64,000 nt of DNA. Origin: Amoebidium appalachense. Taxonomy: Eukaryota > Protista > Ichthyosporea. The position numbers were made by a program, and so were the translations under genes. The stretch covers positions 5,289,921 through 5,353,920 of the forward strand of contig CAVNZM010000011.1 of the NCBI GenBank assembly GCA_963693365.1, given 5' to 3'. Shown here one piece after another: positions 1-12,713 of this stretch. How positions within the stretch are numbered: position 1 is the stretch's first letter; the number at the start of each line of letters is the position of its first letter. Under the pieces are notes generated by a model. The model made no database searches, was not told the origin of the DNA, and saw only the letters and a list, made by a program, of their open reading frames with translations.

Positions 1-1
1 C

Positions 2-262
2 GGGGGAGGGAAACGGCCAGCAGAGACCAAATCTAGCGACCAGCCCACCAAGCGGCCCGTGGGTTCCGTATACCAACCACCACAGGGCAAATACAGCGCA
101 AATATCGGCATCACCGAGAAAAAGGAGAAAAATAATGGGGGTCAAAAGGGGGGTCAGAGAGGGGGGAAGGGTGGGCAGAGGGGTGGGAGAGGCGGACAGA
201 GGGGTGGGAGGGGTGGTGGTGGGAATGCGGGTGGGCGTGGGGATCATGACATTAGGTGGTAG
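2..262 (+). CDS. C-terminal end of a protein with a Gly/Arg-rich (GGQRGGR/RGG-box) tail; gene begins before the window
   Basis: Frame is open from position 2 (GGGKRPAETKSSDQPTKRPVGSVYQPPQGKYS...[18 protein letters not shown]...DIRW*). The RGG repeats use varied codons rather than homopolymer. AT-rich 3'UTR-like sequence follows. Confidence 0.5.
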   Translation, partial: GGGKRPAETKSSDQPTKRPVGSVYQPPQGKYSANIGITEKKEKNNGGQKGGQRGGKGGQRGGRGGQRGGRGGGGNAGGRGDHDIRW

Positions 263-493
263 GATGAAGGGGTGTGCTTTGATGATAAAATAAAAAGTCC
301 TAATGAACATGTGGTAGGTGTGGCTTTCTTTAAGATTGCTGTGGTTACGAACATTTTTGATAGGTTGGTGTAAGTGCTCCATACATATTTGGTTTAATGA
401 TCTGATGAAATTGTAAGGGGGTACTATTAGAACGGTTGAGTCGAATGGCTGTGCATATGCTTTGGGCCTCTTGAACCTTTGATAAAATAATAT

Positions 494-802
494 ATTGAAA
501 TAACGTACTCCAAAATGTGTTTTCTCGTGCCCTCCGGCCCACCTAGCTACCTACCCATGCAAACACCCTCCCTCCCCTCCCTCCCCCGCCCCCCCTCCCC
601 CTCTTCTCCCCCCTTTCAACCACCACCACCGGCACACACACACACACACACACATTGAAATAAAAGTACTCCAAAATGTGTTTTCTCGTGCCCTCCGGCC
701 CTCCGGCCCACCTAGCTACCTACCCATGCAAACACCCTCCCTCCCCTCCCTCCCCCCCCCCCCTCCTCCCCCCTCCTCCCCCCCTTTCAACCACCACCAC
801 CG

Positions 803-850
<48 letters not shown>
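494..850. repeat. Tandem duplication of a ~160-bp unit ending in (CA)n
   Basis: attgaaataa.gtactccaaaatgtgttttctcgtgccctccggccc...caaccaccaccaccggcacacac starts at 494 and again at 654. Confidence 0.85.
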
Positions 851-853
<3 letters not shown>

Positions 854-1233
854 GGTGCCCGGGGCCCATCTGGAGCCCACCCATATGCATGGTGCCCTAG
901 TACGTAGTTCTGGTGGCACCTTGTATGACATCAATGAAACGAGTCGTGATAAGCTGTGATAAGCTAGCGCTATCATGATGACCGCATATCATGCACGGGC
1001 TCTGCCGTGACACATTCCCACCTCACTACACGCTGCACCATTCGAATACTGTTTCACCATCGACATCAACGTCGACTTCTCAACACGGACGATTTTATCC
1101 TGCCCCCCCCCCCCCCCCACCCACCCACCCACCCATCCCCTCCCGGCCCACCACCACCACTCTCACTATCACCACCACGTAACCGGTACCACCTTTTTTT
1201 TTTTTTTTTTGGGCTCCTACCAAGATCACAGTC

Positions 1234-1290
<57 letters not shown>

Positions 1291-1387
1291 AGGCTCCCCC
1301 CCTCCCCTGAGGCTCCCCCCTCCCCCCCCCCCCTGAGCCCCCCCCCCCCCCTCTCCCCTCCCCCACGGCCATCTAGCCTAGCTGTGT

Positions 1388-1433
<46 letters not shown>

Positions 1434-1798
1434 CCCCCCTCCTTCCCCCGTTCCCCCCCCCCCCCTTCCTCCTCCTCCTCCGGTACCTCCCTCCTTGCCC
1501 GCGGCCCAGGTCTCTCGGTAGATCTGAGTTGTCATGCTTAATTAATTATAATTAACTCGTTTGTATCCGATAGATCTGTCTCTCTGCCATGGGCCTATAT
1601 GGTGTTTTTTTTTAACCCGGCTATAGCTACTGTAGGCTTATAATTGTCGTTAACATTTGGGTGTTTCTGGGCTGCTTCTGCTTTGCCTGATCTTGCATTT
1701 GAAAGAAGCTGGCTCAGTGGCGCGAGGAGATCATGATCGCTGAGCTGTTCCGAAGTTGAACTTTCAAGAGGAGGAGGAGAAGGAGGACAGGGGGAGGG

Positions 1799-1844
<46 letters not shown>

Positions 1845-1933
1845 GGGGGGGGGGGGGGGGGGGGGGACGACCAGCATAAGAAAACTTCATGCGGATGGTG
1901 GAATCTTTATTCGAGATGGCAGATGAATTGAGT

Positions 1934-1976
<43 letters not shown>

Positions 1977-2471
1977 CCCCACTCCCACCCCCTCCTCCCC
2001 CCCCCTCCCTACGTAGCATCACCGTGCACCGCCACCACACCCACATCGGTCCACCCATACGGGTGCACGCGACAACCACGGCCACTCAACCACCACCACC
2101 CCGATGACCCGCCCAGAAACAATATGATTCTTCTGACCAATTGGGAAATGGGAAATAAAAGTACCACCACCTGTACGGGAGACAGTCGTAACAACAGGGA
2201 TTTACTATGAAAATGAAACTGCGGGCCAGGGCGTGGGGCAGGCCACCTCTTTTATAGAATTACTTAGTGTTAAGGCTGTAGAACGGAAGAAAAAAGGATT
2301 GCCCAGGTGCACAGACGTATTTGGTAACTACTTTGCATACTCCCGGGTCGTTGCGAGGGCAGCCTTGCAGGAAGAGGGGGGGGGGGGGGAGAGGGGGGGG
2401 GGGGGGAGGGGGGGGGCTACCGTAGTTGGGGGAGCGGGAGGGGGGCCCGAGGTGGAGGAAGGGAGGAGGGG

Positions 2472-2503
2472 TTTGAATGTGTCATAAAGTACGAAGAACA
2501 CAT
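2472..2503 (-). mobile_element. Very short 3'-end fragment of the poly-C-associated repeat family
   Basis: Reverse complement ...cttcgtactttatgacacattcaaacccc matches the family 3' terminus. Confidence 0.6.
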
Positions 2504-2643
2504 GGGTGGGGAGACGCGGTAAACGGCCTGGTACCACGCACGTGTTGTAAAAGATTGAATGCACATATGCATATGGCTCAATATATGTTATCCAATTTCA
2601 AGGTTTAGATCATGGTCAGGGGGGAAAGGGGGGAAGAGGGGGG

Positions 2644-2917
2644 TTTTGAATGCGGAACACGGTACAAAGTACGCATACACGACGAGAAGCATGGTGCAGG
2701 ACACATGCAAAGGCAAACATTCAAGTATGCAACATCAGCCATGTGCACAGTATGCGTCATAAGCAGAGCCCATCCTCAGGGAGGACCCAAGTCATCAATT
2801 GCGTCTGAGTTTCGACCCCTTAGCCCGCGTATATACGACACTCCAACTCAGACAGCAGCATCAACTGAGCTTGGGCGGGTCAACCCGTCTTGATCAAAGA
2901 CGAGCAGGGTTGCTTAT
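2644..2917 (-). mobile_element. Poly-C-associated structured repeat, subfamily A (putative Penelope-like 3' end / non-autonomous element)
   Basis: Near-identical reverse complement of 12251-12523; flanked by G-runs on both sides. Confidence 0.85.
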
Positions 2918-3213
2918 TATGGGGGGAAGAGGGGGGGGGGGGGGGGGAAGAGGAGGGGAAGGGGCCTGGGGCTCAGACTTGAAGTTAGTGAACAAGGGGC
3001 TGTGCCACGAACCATGTTCACACGGGAAACACTCACCATACATTTTGGTGCATATGCTACCTTAATATCCATTTGGTTGCATGGAGTTGGCCGAGCAGGG
3101 GGGGGGGGGGGGGGGGGGATCCCGGAGGGGGGGGGGAGGGGGAATGCCTTTCCATGTGCGTGCGGGTGGGGACAGAATACGTATGTGACAGCCATGTGAA
3201 CACGGTGTGTGTG

Positions 3214-3261
<48 letters not shown>

Positions 3262-3755
3262 ATGTGTGTGTGTGTGTGTATGTGTGTGTGTGCATGTGTG
3301 TGTGTGTGCATGTGTATCATCACGGTGTGTATATGTGCGGGCCAGAGAGGGAGAGGGAGGGGGGGGGGAGACGGAGGGGGGGGGGGGGGGGGGTTGGTTT
3401 GTTGGTTGGTATATCCATATGTATAGTACTATTTAGGATGTACTGCATCATGACATCATTGATTAGGATGATAGAGAAGTAATGTCAGAAAACTTAAATG
3501 TGTAACACGGTGCACGAGGGTGGGAGCTCGAGAAGGAGGGGCAAGGGGGGGGGGGGGGAGGGGGGGGGATGGAGGGAGCATAGGGGAGAGACTCCAGAGA
3601 GAGTGTGTGTGTGGACAGTGTATGCCACCACGTCTATGTTATGTTCTGTGTTTGGATATGTTGTGTCAGTGCTATGTTCTGTGTTGTGCACAAATGTCGA
3701 CGTCGTCCGTGTGTATGCACGGAATTCGATGTGTGCATGTATATTGTGTGTGGCA

Positions 3756-3788
<33 letters not shown>

Positions 3789-3821
3789 TCGTGTGTCGCA
3801 TGTGTGTGTGGTGTGTGGTGT

Positions 3822-3870
<49 letters not shown>

Positions 3871-3925
3871 GTGTGGTAAGTGAGTGTGTGTGTGCGTGTC
3901 TCTCTCCCTCTCTCTCTCTCTCTCC

Positions 3926-3966
<41 letters not shown>

Positions 3967-6876
3967 TGTGTGTGTTTGTGTGCGCGCGTGGTTTGTGTGT
4001 TTATGTGTGCAAATTTGTGCGTGGGCTCACGCGCATGCTTGTTCAATGACGTGTGTTGCTTCGCAGAATTAGCATTCGCACACGTGTCACTGCTCATTAT
4101 TAATTAATCTCCATAAATGCAAGGCTTAAGCACATCTGCGTGTGTCTTTCCGGGTTGGCAAGACGAGTCTTCGTTCATACACACGGTTCTCAATCAATCG
4201 GGGAGAATTTGAAGAAAGTATGGTGAGATACGTTTTACGTGCATGGAAATGTTCCTTTACCGTGAACTTATCTATCACAAATTATTTTTTAACATGAGGT
4301 CGGGCGTGTATAGTGTGATCCCTACTAGCGAGGCTGTAGCTGGGGCAAAAAACCCTGGGCTATGATGTGCACTAGCAGTTAGATTGGTAATATTGTGTTA
4401 GCTCTTAGCTGATTGCATCATTAGCACGCTAGCTAGGGTATACAGTCGGTTTCAGTGTGTGACATCATGCCGTGCCTAGGGCCTGTGAAGGGGTATGGTG
4501 GCCTCCACGGTTTTCTCTCTTTTCTTCTTTTCGCATCTTCCTTCTCTCCCTTCACAAGGCTTTAATGCAAGTTTCCACACTATCTATACAGAGGGCATAT
4601 TGGAAGGTTTCTGACAACCAAAACTCAGAGAAAAAACTTTTATTATGGCATTTGGCAACTTTCACTCCGCGAATATAGAAAAGAGACACACGACAGATTA
4701 AAAAACACGTCTTTGTTTTAAACCCTGTTATAACCTCACAATACTACTGGATGGTGCCATACACCCAGGTGTTCCACCGATCACTCGAGTTTGACACTGT
4801 TCCGGTGTTCCATTGCCAGATCTATCTCCAAGGCATCTTTCCCCTTGATCAAAAGCAGGCCCATGGACCCCTAAGGATTGATTTATCACATCATAACAAA
4901 GTTATAAAAATGCAGCAATACTTTGTCAACCATCTTTCAATGGCTAAAAATAATATAGCCTATACCACAAAACAATCATTATAATACATAGAGCGAGCTA
5001 AGCTGCCGCAAGCACTGCTGCATCCACATTTCACAAACCGTGCTCTTGTGTCTGGTGACTTGGGGTTCAATTGGGCATAGGAGTTTAAAGAGATTCTATT
5101 TGTTTTAAAGAAGACGTTGATTGGTGTAGCATTCTGCATGTTAGCTTTTAATGGTATGTGCTTCCCACGTGGTTTTGGCATTTCCTATCGAGCCCTGAGA
5201 ACCCTGCCCCTTGGTGCCTCCAGCCTCGGCTAATTATGATAGGAATTTATTTTCCTGGTTGGCAACCTGATTCATCAAAAAAAAATATTGGATAGGAAGA
5301 TATTACTCTTTTTGCTAAAAAATCGGGCCTTTGATGCCATGAGTTTCTGTGTTTGTCAGCAGGCTGCGTACTGTGGCACTCGTCATGGTGCCTTTGGTCT
5401 CCCCGCACCTCTCTCTCGAGAATCCGAATGATGCAATTCGATAACCAAGTTCAACAAGTTATATTATATTTAGACATCCATATAGAACAGTCTTTGAAGC
5501 ACATAACCATAGTTTTATTATTGTAAAAACAAAAACCATACTTAAAATTTATGTGCAAAAATATGACTTCGTATATTTGTATCAGATGAATTCATCATTG
5601 CGAATAAAATCTCACTTCTCAGTATGCCGTGCATACTTGCATATCTTTCCGTCGAATAAATCCAGTCAAAAGAAAACAAAATCTCAAAAAGATTTGTCTC
5701 CTCCTGTGCTCTACTAAGTGTTGGGGGATTGATGCCAACGAACCAGGAACCAATCACTATCATTTCTGTTGCCTTCCTCGCATACTTTCCTTTTATTGGC
5801 TGGATGCGCCGTGCGCCTTGAAACGGATGTATGGAAACCTAAAGCAGTAACAGGATTAGAGGATTATTATAAAAAGGTAGAAATTTTGTGGATTGTAAAG
5901 TAAGCATAGCATGTAGTAATATATGATTTAATTATACATATGAATGAATTCTTCCATCTTTTTGACGAGCTTCTTCCCTATGCCAGTATGTGACGGATAT
6001 GTTACAAACCAACACTGGAAAACGGTAGTAAACTTATAAGAGCTTTAGATCTGGGGCAAATGCAGCCGGCTCGTTAACTTATTGGGCGCGCCATTTTTCC
6101 CGGGTGTGCTTTGCCAGTAACCGGCACCGTCTGCGCACGGTGCGGCCAGTTTCACGTTTGGATACTAGAGGGCTGTGTGTGTGTGCGTGTGTGTGTGCGT
6201 GTGTTTGTGTGACCTTTCTATTGGCTGCTTACCGCGTCTGCTGGAGACTACAGAGAGTTTCCGCATTCGCACCTTGTATCGGAGCGGCTGCTATTTAGGT
6301 CACACAATAATTGAAGTCGTGCGTGTAATCCTGTTTATGTTTTAGTTTGTTGATACAAGCAGGGGCAGCCTGAGTAGTCTGCTATTTTCGTCTGCACGGC
6401 GTTCGTCCAGAAAGCAGCAACATCCATACTACAGCAACACTGATCAAGGTACTATCATCATTCGCATACACTGAGCTTTATGTGCTGCTCATGGCGTCAG
6501 AGTGGAAGCACGCTCCATTTCCTCCCCTGAAGATGCCGTGCTCACTCAACGAAAACCCCTTATTGACCCACATACTTTTAAATTATTTAACTTAACACAG
6601 ATCCGAGCACATCTGCAGCACATGTCTTAGGTAACTTAACCTCATCACTCCAGGGACGCAGCAAGCAGTCTTTGCACCAACACCTGTGCCACCTTTATCT
6701 TCCCGTCACCGTTAATACCTGCAAGGACTATGATCTATTTGTCTGTATTTTACCACACCATATGCATCATCTTTAAATTCCTCTGAAACGGCACAGTGCC
6801 AACTAACCTTTTCTTCTTTTCTACATTTACGTAACACTCACTTACGGGGGGTTTTTCATCATAGGAATTATCAAAC

Positions 6877-7805
6877 ATGCCCTGCTGCTCGCACACAACC
6901 ACTGTCGTCGCTGCGACGGCAAACAGCCACCACCACAGGACTAAACCCAGACGCCGACTTGGCGTTAAGGAGGTCCCACCACACGCCACACTCCCCCACA
7001 TCCTGTAAGTGATCCACCGCAAAGTCAATACAAAAACAGGGCCATGCATAAGTGATAGATCCAGTAGTATTGGTTCTCTTGAGAGGTGATTTGCATGTGC
7101 GCGAAGTTCGCCACTTTTGGGGGTTGGTTTCTTGCACGGTGCAGAAAGTACACACTGCGTCACTTCTTGTGATCACAGGTCGGAAATAATGATCAAAAGC
7201 CAGAGTCGCAGTTCTAAGTAGTACTAATTTGTACATCTATTTAGTATATCTAACCAGTACTTCTACATAGTATACGCACACGGTATGGCAACTGCACGCT
7301 TCGCTGTTCCTGTGCTCTTGCTTTGCATAGTAGGGGAACATAGCACGGTTGTGTTTATAGTACTTTGTGTATGCCAGAACGAAAAATATCGTGAGGATGG
7401 TATGTCTTTTTCTTTCTTTTTTTTTTGGGGGGAGGGGGAGGGAATCCTTTTTTTCGGTGGTGGTGGTGGTTTGGGGACTGCGGGGGGTGAGGGGGGATCG
7501 TTTCCTTTGTCAGCTGGAGCTCACTGTTTGTTTGTTTTTTTGTTTACAGGCATGGATATCCAAAGCTTGAGTCAACCTGGGACTGTTTTAAGTCGTTGTT
7601 CTGGATTCACAACGAGGTAAGGGCACAGTGCGCGGGAACCATAAGGGGCTAAAATACATGGATTTGGGTTGGTGGGGAGAATGGCCACTGCGAGTTGATA
7701 TGCGCAGTGGGCTAGAACAGATACCATTGAGATGTCATTTCAAAAAAAAAATTCGGCTGAGGAAAGGGGTTCCTTTCTTTTTTTTTCCCCCTGTCAGTGT
7801 GTATG

Positions 7806-7836
<31 letters not shown>

Positions 7837-8161
7837 TTGAACGGGGGGAGGGGAGGGGAGGGGGGGGGGGGGGGGGTTGATGATGGAACAACGGTGTTGC
7901 TGGAGCAGGTGATGGAAGGAATATCAGACTAGGCCTGGTTGTGGGTGCGGGCAAGCGTTATTATTGTAGCTTTTTTTAGCTTTTGGGGGGAATGCATGAA
8001 AAACAAAACTTCTATGCACACACGATTTTCCATTTAAGGTGATGGTAATCATACGGCTCTTCGTTTTTGCTTGAATCACATGCCCGTGATTTACAGATAT
8101 TGGTAAAGGGGGTTTTGTACCGGTGTACCTGTGCTTGGTGGAAGGAGCTGGTGGGGGAGGA

Positions 8162-8197
<36 letters not shown>

Positions 8198-8257
8198 AAA
8201 CACAGTATGCTATGGACACGTGTGTTCAACCCCCCCCCCCCCCCTCCCCACACCAAA

Positions 8258-8288
<31 letters not shown>

Positions 8289-9280
8289 GGAAAAAGAAAA
8301 AAAGAAAAAGAAAAAAAAACGGTATATGGAGAGAAAGGCCACAAACGAGACAGGTGCTGGGGTGCAGTGCAATCTCTGTATGCACGAACAGACGTAACGA
8401 CACACACACACACACACACACACACACCGTAGTGACTGCTGGGTGTCCTTTTCAGACTGTCAACCAGTGGACTCATCTGATTGGATTCTGCATGATGGTC
8501 TATCTCCTATTCCTTACCGGTAGGTCACGTGCCCACCTAGTTTGTTATAATTAATTAACCAATAGTTTTTTTTTGGGGGGGGGGGGCCAAATGTGTGTGC
8601 ATCTGAAACTGTTGTCAGGGCTGGTCGGGTTTTGTCTTTTCAGGGAGTGGCTGTCCAGATGTGGGTGTGTGGGTGTTTTTCTTTCTTTCTTTCTTTCTTT
8701 CTTTCTTTTTTTTTTCTTTGTGGGTGGGTGTGGGCGTGTGGGCGTGTGGGCGTGTGGGCGTGTGCGCAGGCGCTGTTACGGGGTGGGTGGTTGTTGGTGT
8801 CTATACACTCGATGTGTATATCAGATAGTAAGACCGATATTGGTGCAAAATCAGATATGGAAGATTGCAAGATTGAAGGAACTTTAGATGGTGATGACAC
8901 GACTTGCTGCGGTGATCACGAGTGTATAAGACGACATACCTGAAAAATGATACGATACGGCATAGATAGACCAGGTTTTTAGAAAATATCGGTCAGCATG
9001 GTGTACATGCTGAGATCAGAATATAGAACCAAAAAACATAAGTGAATATAGTAGTTGCCTATATGCTGAGATCAGAAAATAGAATCCAAAAACATGTGAA
9101 TATAGTAGTTGCATATATGCTGAGGTGAGAACATAGAACCAAAAAACATAAGTGAATATAGTAGTTGCATATATGCTAAAGTCAGAACATAGAACCAAAG
9201 AACGTGAGTGTATACTTCCTTGCATACATTCCGAGCTCAGACCTCTAGAAGATTTGTATGAGTTCGGAAGGGGCAAAAAA

Positions 9281-9312
<32 letters not shown>

Positions 9313-9681
9313 AAGAAGAAGAAAAACTTGTGTGACATTTGATGTGTGTCGGTTGGTTTTGCAGGCAAGGAAATCAGATTTATGTGAAACAAAATTTGAG
9401 GATATTCAAATATCAAGAGATGTAAATTTGACGTTTATTTGGGTGGTTGTCGCAGGCGAGGAGATGTCCCTCAAGGCGCACCCGATCGAGGACCGCGCGG
9501 CCTTCCTCACTTTCTTTGTGTGCACGTGCACATGTTTTCTTCTCAGCACATTCTACCACACATTCAAGTGCTACACCTACGCCGTTTACCGCGTGGTTTG
9601 TATCCCTGTTTCACCCTGTCTTTTCATTCTTGTCATGTGTTTTCTTCTTCTTCTTCTTTTTTTTCTTTTTTTCTTTTTCCT

Positions 9682-9720
<39 letters not shown>

Positions 9721-10712
9721 TCCACGGTCTGTTTGTAGTTGTCATTGAATGTGGTACGAGCGGGGTGTGCATCATAAAAGAGCAAGTGTGCTTCACTTGC
9801 GTTGGGATGGGGGTCTGTTAAGCTGTTTCTTTGTAAATAGAAGGAGACGTTGGTGTGGGTGTGTGGGTGTGTATGAGGAATAAGGATGTGTGGGAAGGTC
9901 GGGGTTGGGGGCGGGGTTGGGGGGGGGGGGGGGGGAGGGGAGGGGGATAAGGGAGAGGGAGAGGGAGAGGGAGAGGGAGAGGGAGAGGAGAGGAGAGGAG
10001 GGGTGGTGTGTGTGGGGGGGGGGGGGGGGGGGGGGGGGGGATTTGTTAAGAGCATGTATAAATTTAGCTATATCATAAACCAGACTCTGAGTTTAGTATG
10101 CAGATAGGAAGACTGCCGATGAGATATGGTGGTTGGGGTGTACTGACAGTGTATGCGTGTATGCGTGTGTTCTGTGTATGTGCGTGTGTGTGTGTGTGTG
10201 TGTGCGTGCGTGCGTGTGCGGGTGTGTGTGTGTGCAGGCGGTGACCATGGACTACATGGGTATTTTTGTGATGATCTGCGGCTCCTTTATCTCCGGTCTG
10301 CACTTTGAGTTCTACTGCACCCCTGGCGTATGTTCCCCCCCCCCCCCCCTCCCCCCCCCCCTTTTCCCTCCCCCAACCCCACCCCGCCCCCACCCCAACC
10401 CCAGGGAAAAGTCCAAGAGGCCATGAATCAAAAGCACATACACGTCCGCACATACACACAATCTCTTCATCATCACTGTTATCCCCCCCCCTCCCTCTAC
10501 CCCCGCGGCCATTTCCGGCCACGAGGTTCGGACTTGTTCTTTTCATTAACCGTTACTTGGCACAGCGCGCTGGCCGGTACCTAGATAAGAATCAGCAGCA
10601 GCAACACATTACAATGCCGCAAACTTACATGAAACTCTTACTTCCCGAACACACACATGCATGCATGCACACGTAGGCGCACGCGCACAGGCATACACAC
10701 ACACACACGCAT

Positions 10713-10758
<46 letters not shown>

Positions 10759-11036
10759 ACAGTGGCGCACTGTGTACCAGGTCGGCATCACCATCATGTG
10801 CATTGCCGGCATGGTGCTTGCCTTCATGCCAATGTTTGACAGCCCATCGGTAGGTGCCCACATATATCTGTAGTACCTGCACATACGTGCTGGTACCGAC
10901 CTTTCAACCCCCTCCCCATTTATCACTCCCCTTTGCGGACGTAGACACATACACACAACACATTCAGATACACACACATGCACATAAACACAGAATTCAC
11001 GAACACCACATATACACACCACACATTCAGACACAC

Positions 11037-11067
<31 letters not shown>

Positions 11068-11349
11068 TACTGGCACACAACTCACACACACACACCCGAC
11101 CAACCTCTGATCCATGTGCTGCACCGTATTGTGCAATCTACACTGTGCCTTACTTTGCCCCCCCCCCCCCTCCAAAAAAAAAATCCGATTTTGTTGCTTA
11201 CTTCGTGTATGTGCCCTCTCTGCGTCTCCCCCCTCCCCCCCCCCCCCCCCCCCTCTCTCTCTCTCTCTCGCGCTCTTTCTCTCTCTCTCTCTCTCTCTTA
11301 ATACACGCACAGATGTGTGTGGGTGGGTGTGTGTGTGTACACACCCACA

Positions 11350-11383
<34 letters not shown>

Positions 11384-11561
11384 TCTGTGCAAGACCGGCT
11401 TTTCTATTTCCGTCGTGCATGTGTTTTTCGTACTCTATCCCCCCTGCTTATTATACATACTCTTTATGTATGGTTTGCATTCTGCATCGTGTTTTCCGTT
11501 GTTCTTGTGTACTTCGTACTTTATGACGCACTCAAACCCCCCTCCCCCTCCCCCCACCCCC

Positions 11562-11602
<41 letters not shown>

Positions 11603-12041
11603 ACACACACATACATCCTAGTTCCGTTCTAACCTGTGTGGTGGGGGGCATGCAGTGCAGCAAGCTTCGTGTGGGCTCGTACTTTGCCATTGTCGGCTCA
11701 GCCCTCGTCCCATTGGTCCACGTCATGATTGGCTTTGGGGGTATGCAGCAAACTCACCCCTCTTATTCTTTACCCCCCTCTCCCCACGCCTCCCCTCCCC
11801 TTTGCACACTTACCCACCTATCTGCCTCTCCTCCGTTATCCATATCCTTTGTGCATGCTTCGCAAAAATAATCTTTCTGTTGTCAGTCACATGTGTGTAC
11901 TTGCATTCTGTGGCGGATTATTTCTGCCCCATTCTGCTCCCGCCTCTCCGCTTCCCCCTTTATTTGTTACCTCTTTTTTGCACAATCACATGGTGTTGTC
12001 CGTCGCGATAGTGTAATTGCTGCTCTGTACTGTAATGTAAG

Positions 12042-12085
<44 letters not shown>

Positions 12086-12658
12086 ACAAACAAACAAACA
12101 AACAAACAAAAATAAAAATAAAAAAAATCAACCCCTAACCCCCTTATCCCCTTTGCGCTATAGGCTATTGACCTTTCCTTCATGCTGTGAACACATTCTT
12201 GCCCCCCCCCCCTCCCCCCACATCTTCACCGTTCTGCTCACCTTGCTTGCATAAGCAACCCTGCTCGTCTTTGATCAAGACGGGTTGACCCACCCAAGTT
12301 CAGTTGATGCTGCTGTTTGAGTTGGAGCGTCGTATATACGCGGGCTAAGGGGTCGAAACTCAGACGCAATTGATGACTTGGGCCCTCCCTGAGGATGGGC
12401 TCTGCTTATGACGCATACTGTGCGCATGGCTGATGTTGCATACTTGAATGTTTGCCTTTGCATGTGTCCTGCACCATGCTTCTCATCGTGTATGCGTACT
12501 TTGTACTGTGTTCCGCATTCAAACCCCCCTCCCCCCCCCTCCCAAAAAAAATAATAAATAAAATAAAATAAAATAAAATCCAACCCCTAACCCCCTTATC
12601 CCCCTTGCGCTAAAAAGGCTTTTAATCTCTCCTTCATGCTGTGAACACAATCTTGACC

Positions 12659-12713
<55 letters not shown>

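Noticed and set aside
6491-6630. Upstream ATG exon (MASEWKHAPFPPLKMP) as the PAQR start
   Set aside because: I could not join it confidently in frame to the 6865 exon; it may be 5'UTR or a uORF and needs transcript data.
9007-9205. CRISPR-like regular repeats (also 47679-48035 and 25730-25845)
   Set aside because: Contiguous tandem units without unique spacers, in a eukaryotic context with no cas genes.
12389-12396. CTGAGGA as a canonical hammerhead core in the structured repeat
   Set aside because: Stems I and III cannot be built around it together with the upstream GAAAC in subfamily A or B; it sits in a small hairpin instead.
12372-12405. C/D-box or SECIS reading of TGATGA...CTGA in the repeat
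   Set aside because: The C box is not conserved in other subfamilies (GGATGA), and there is no apical AA or 3' GA quartet partner for a SECIS.
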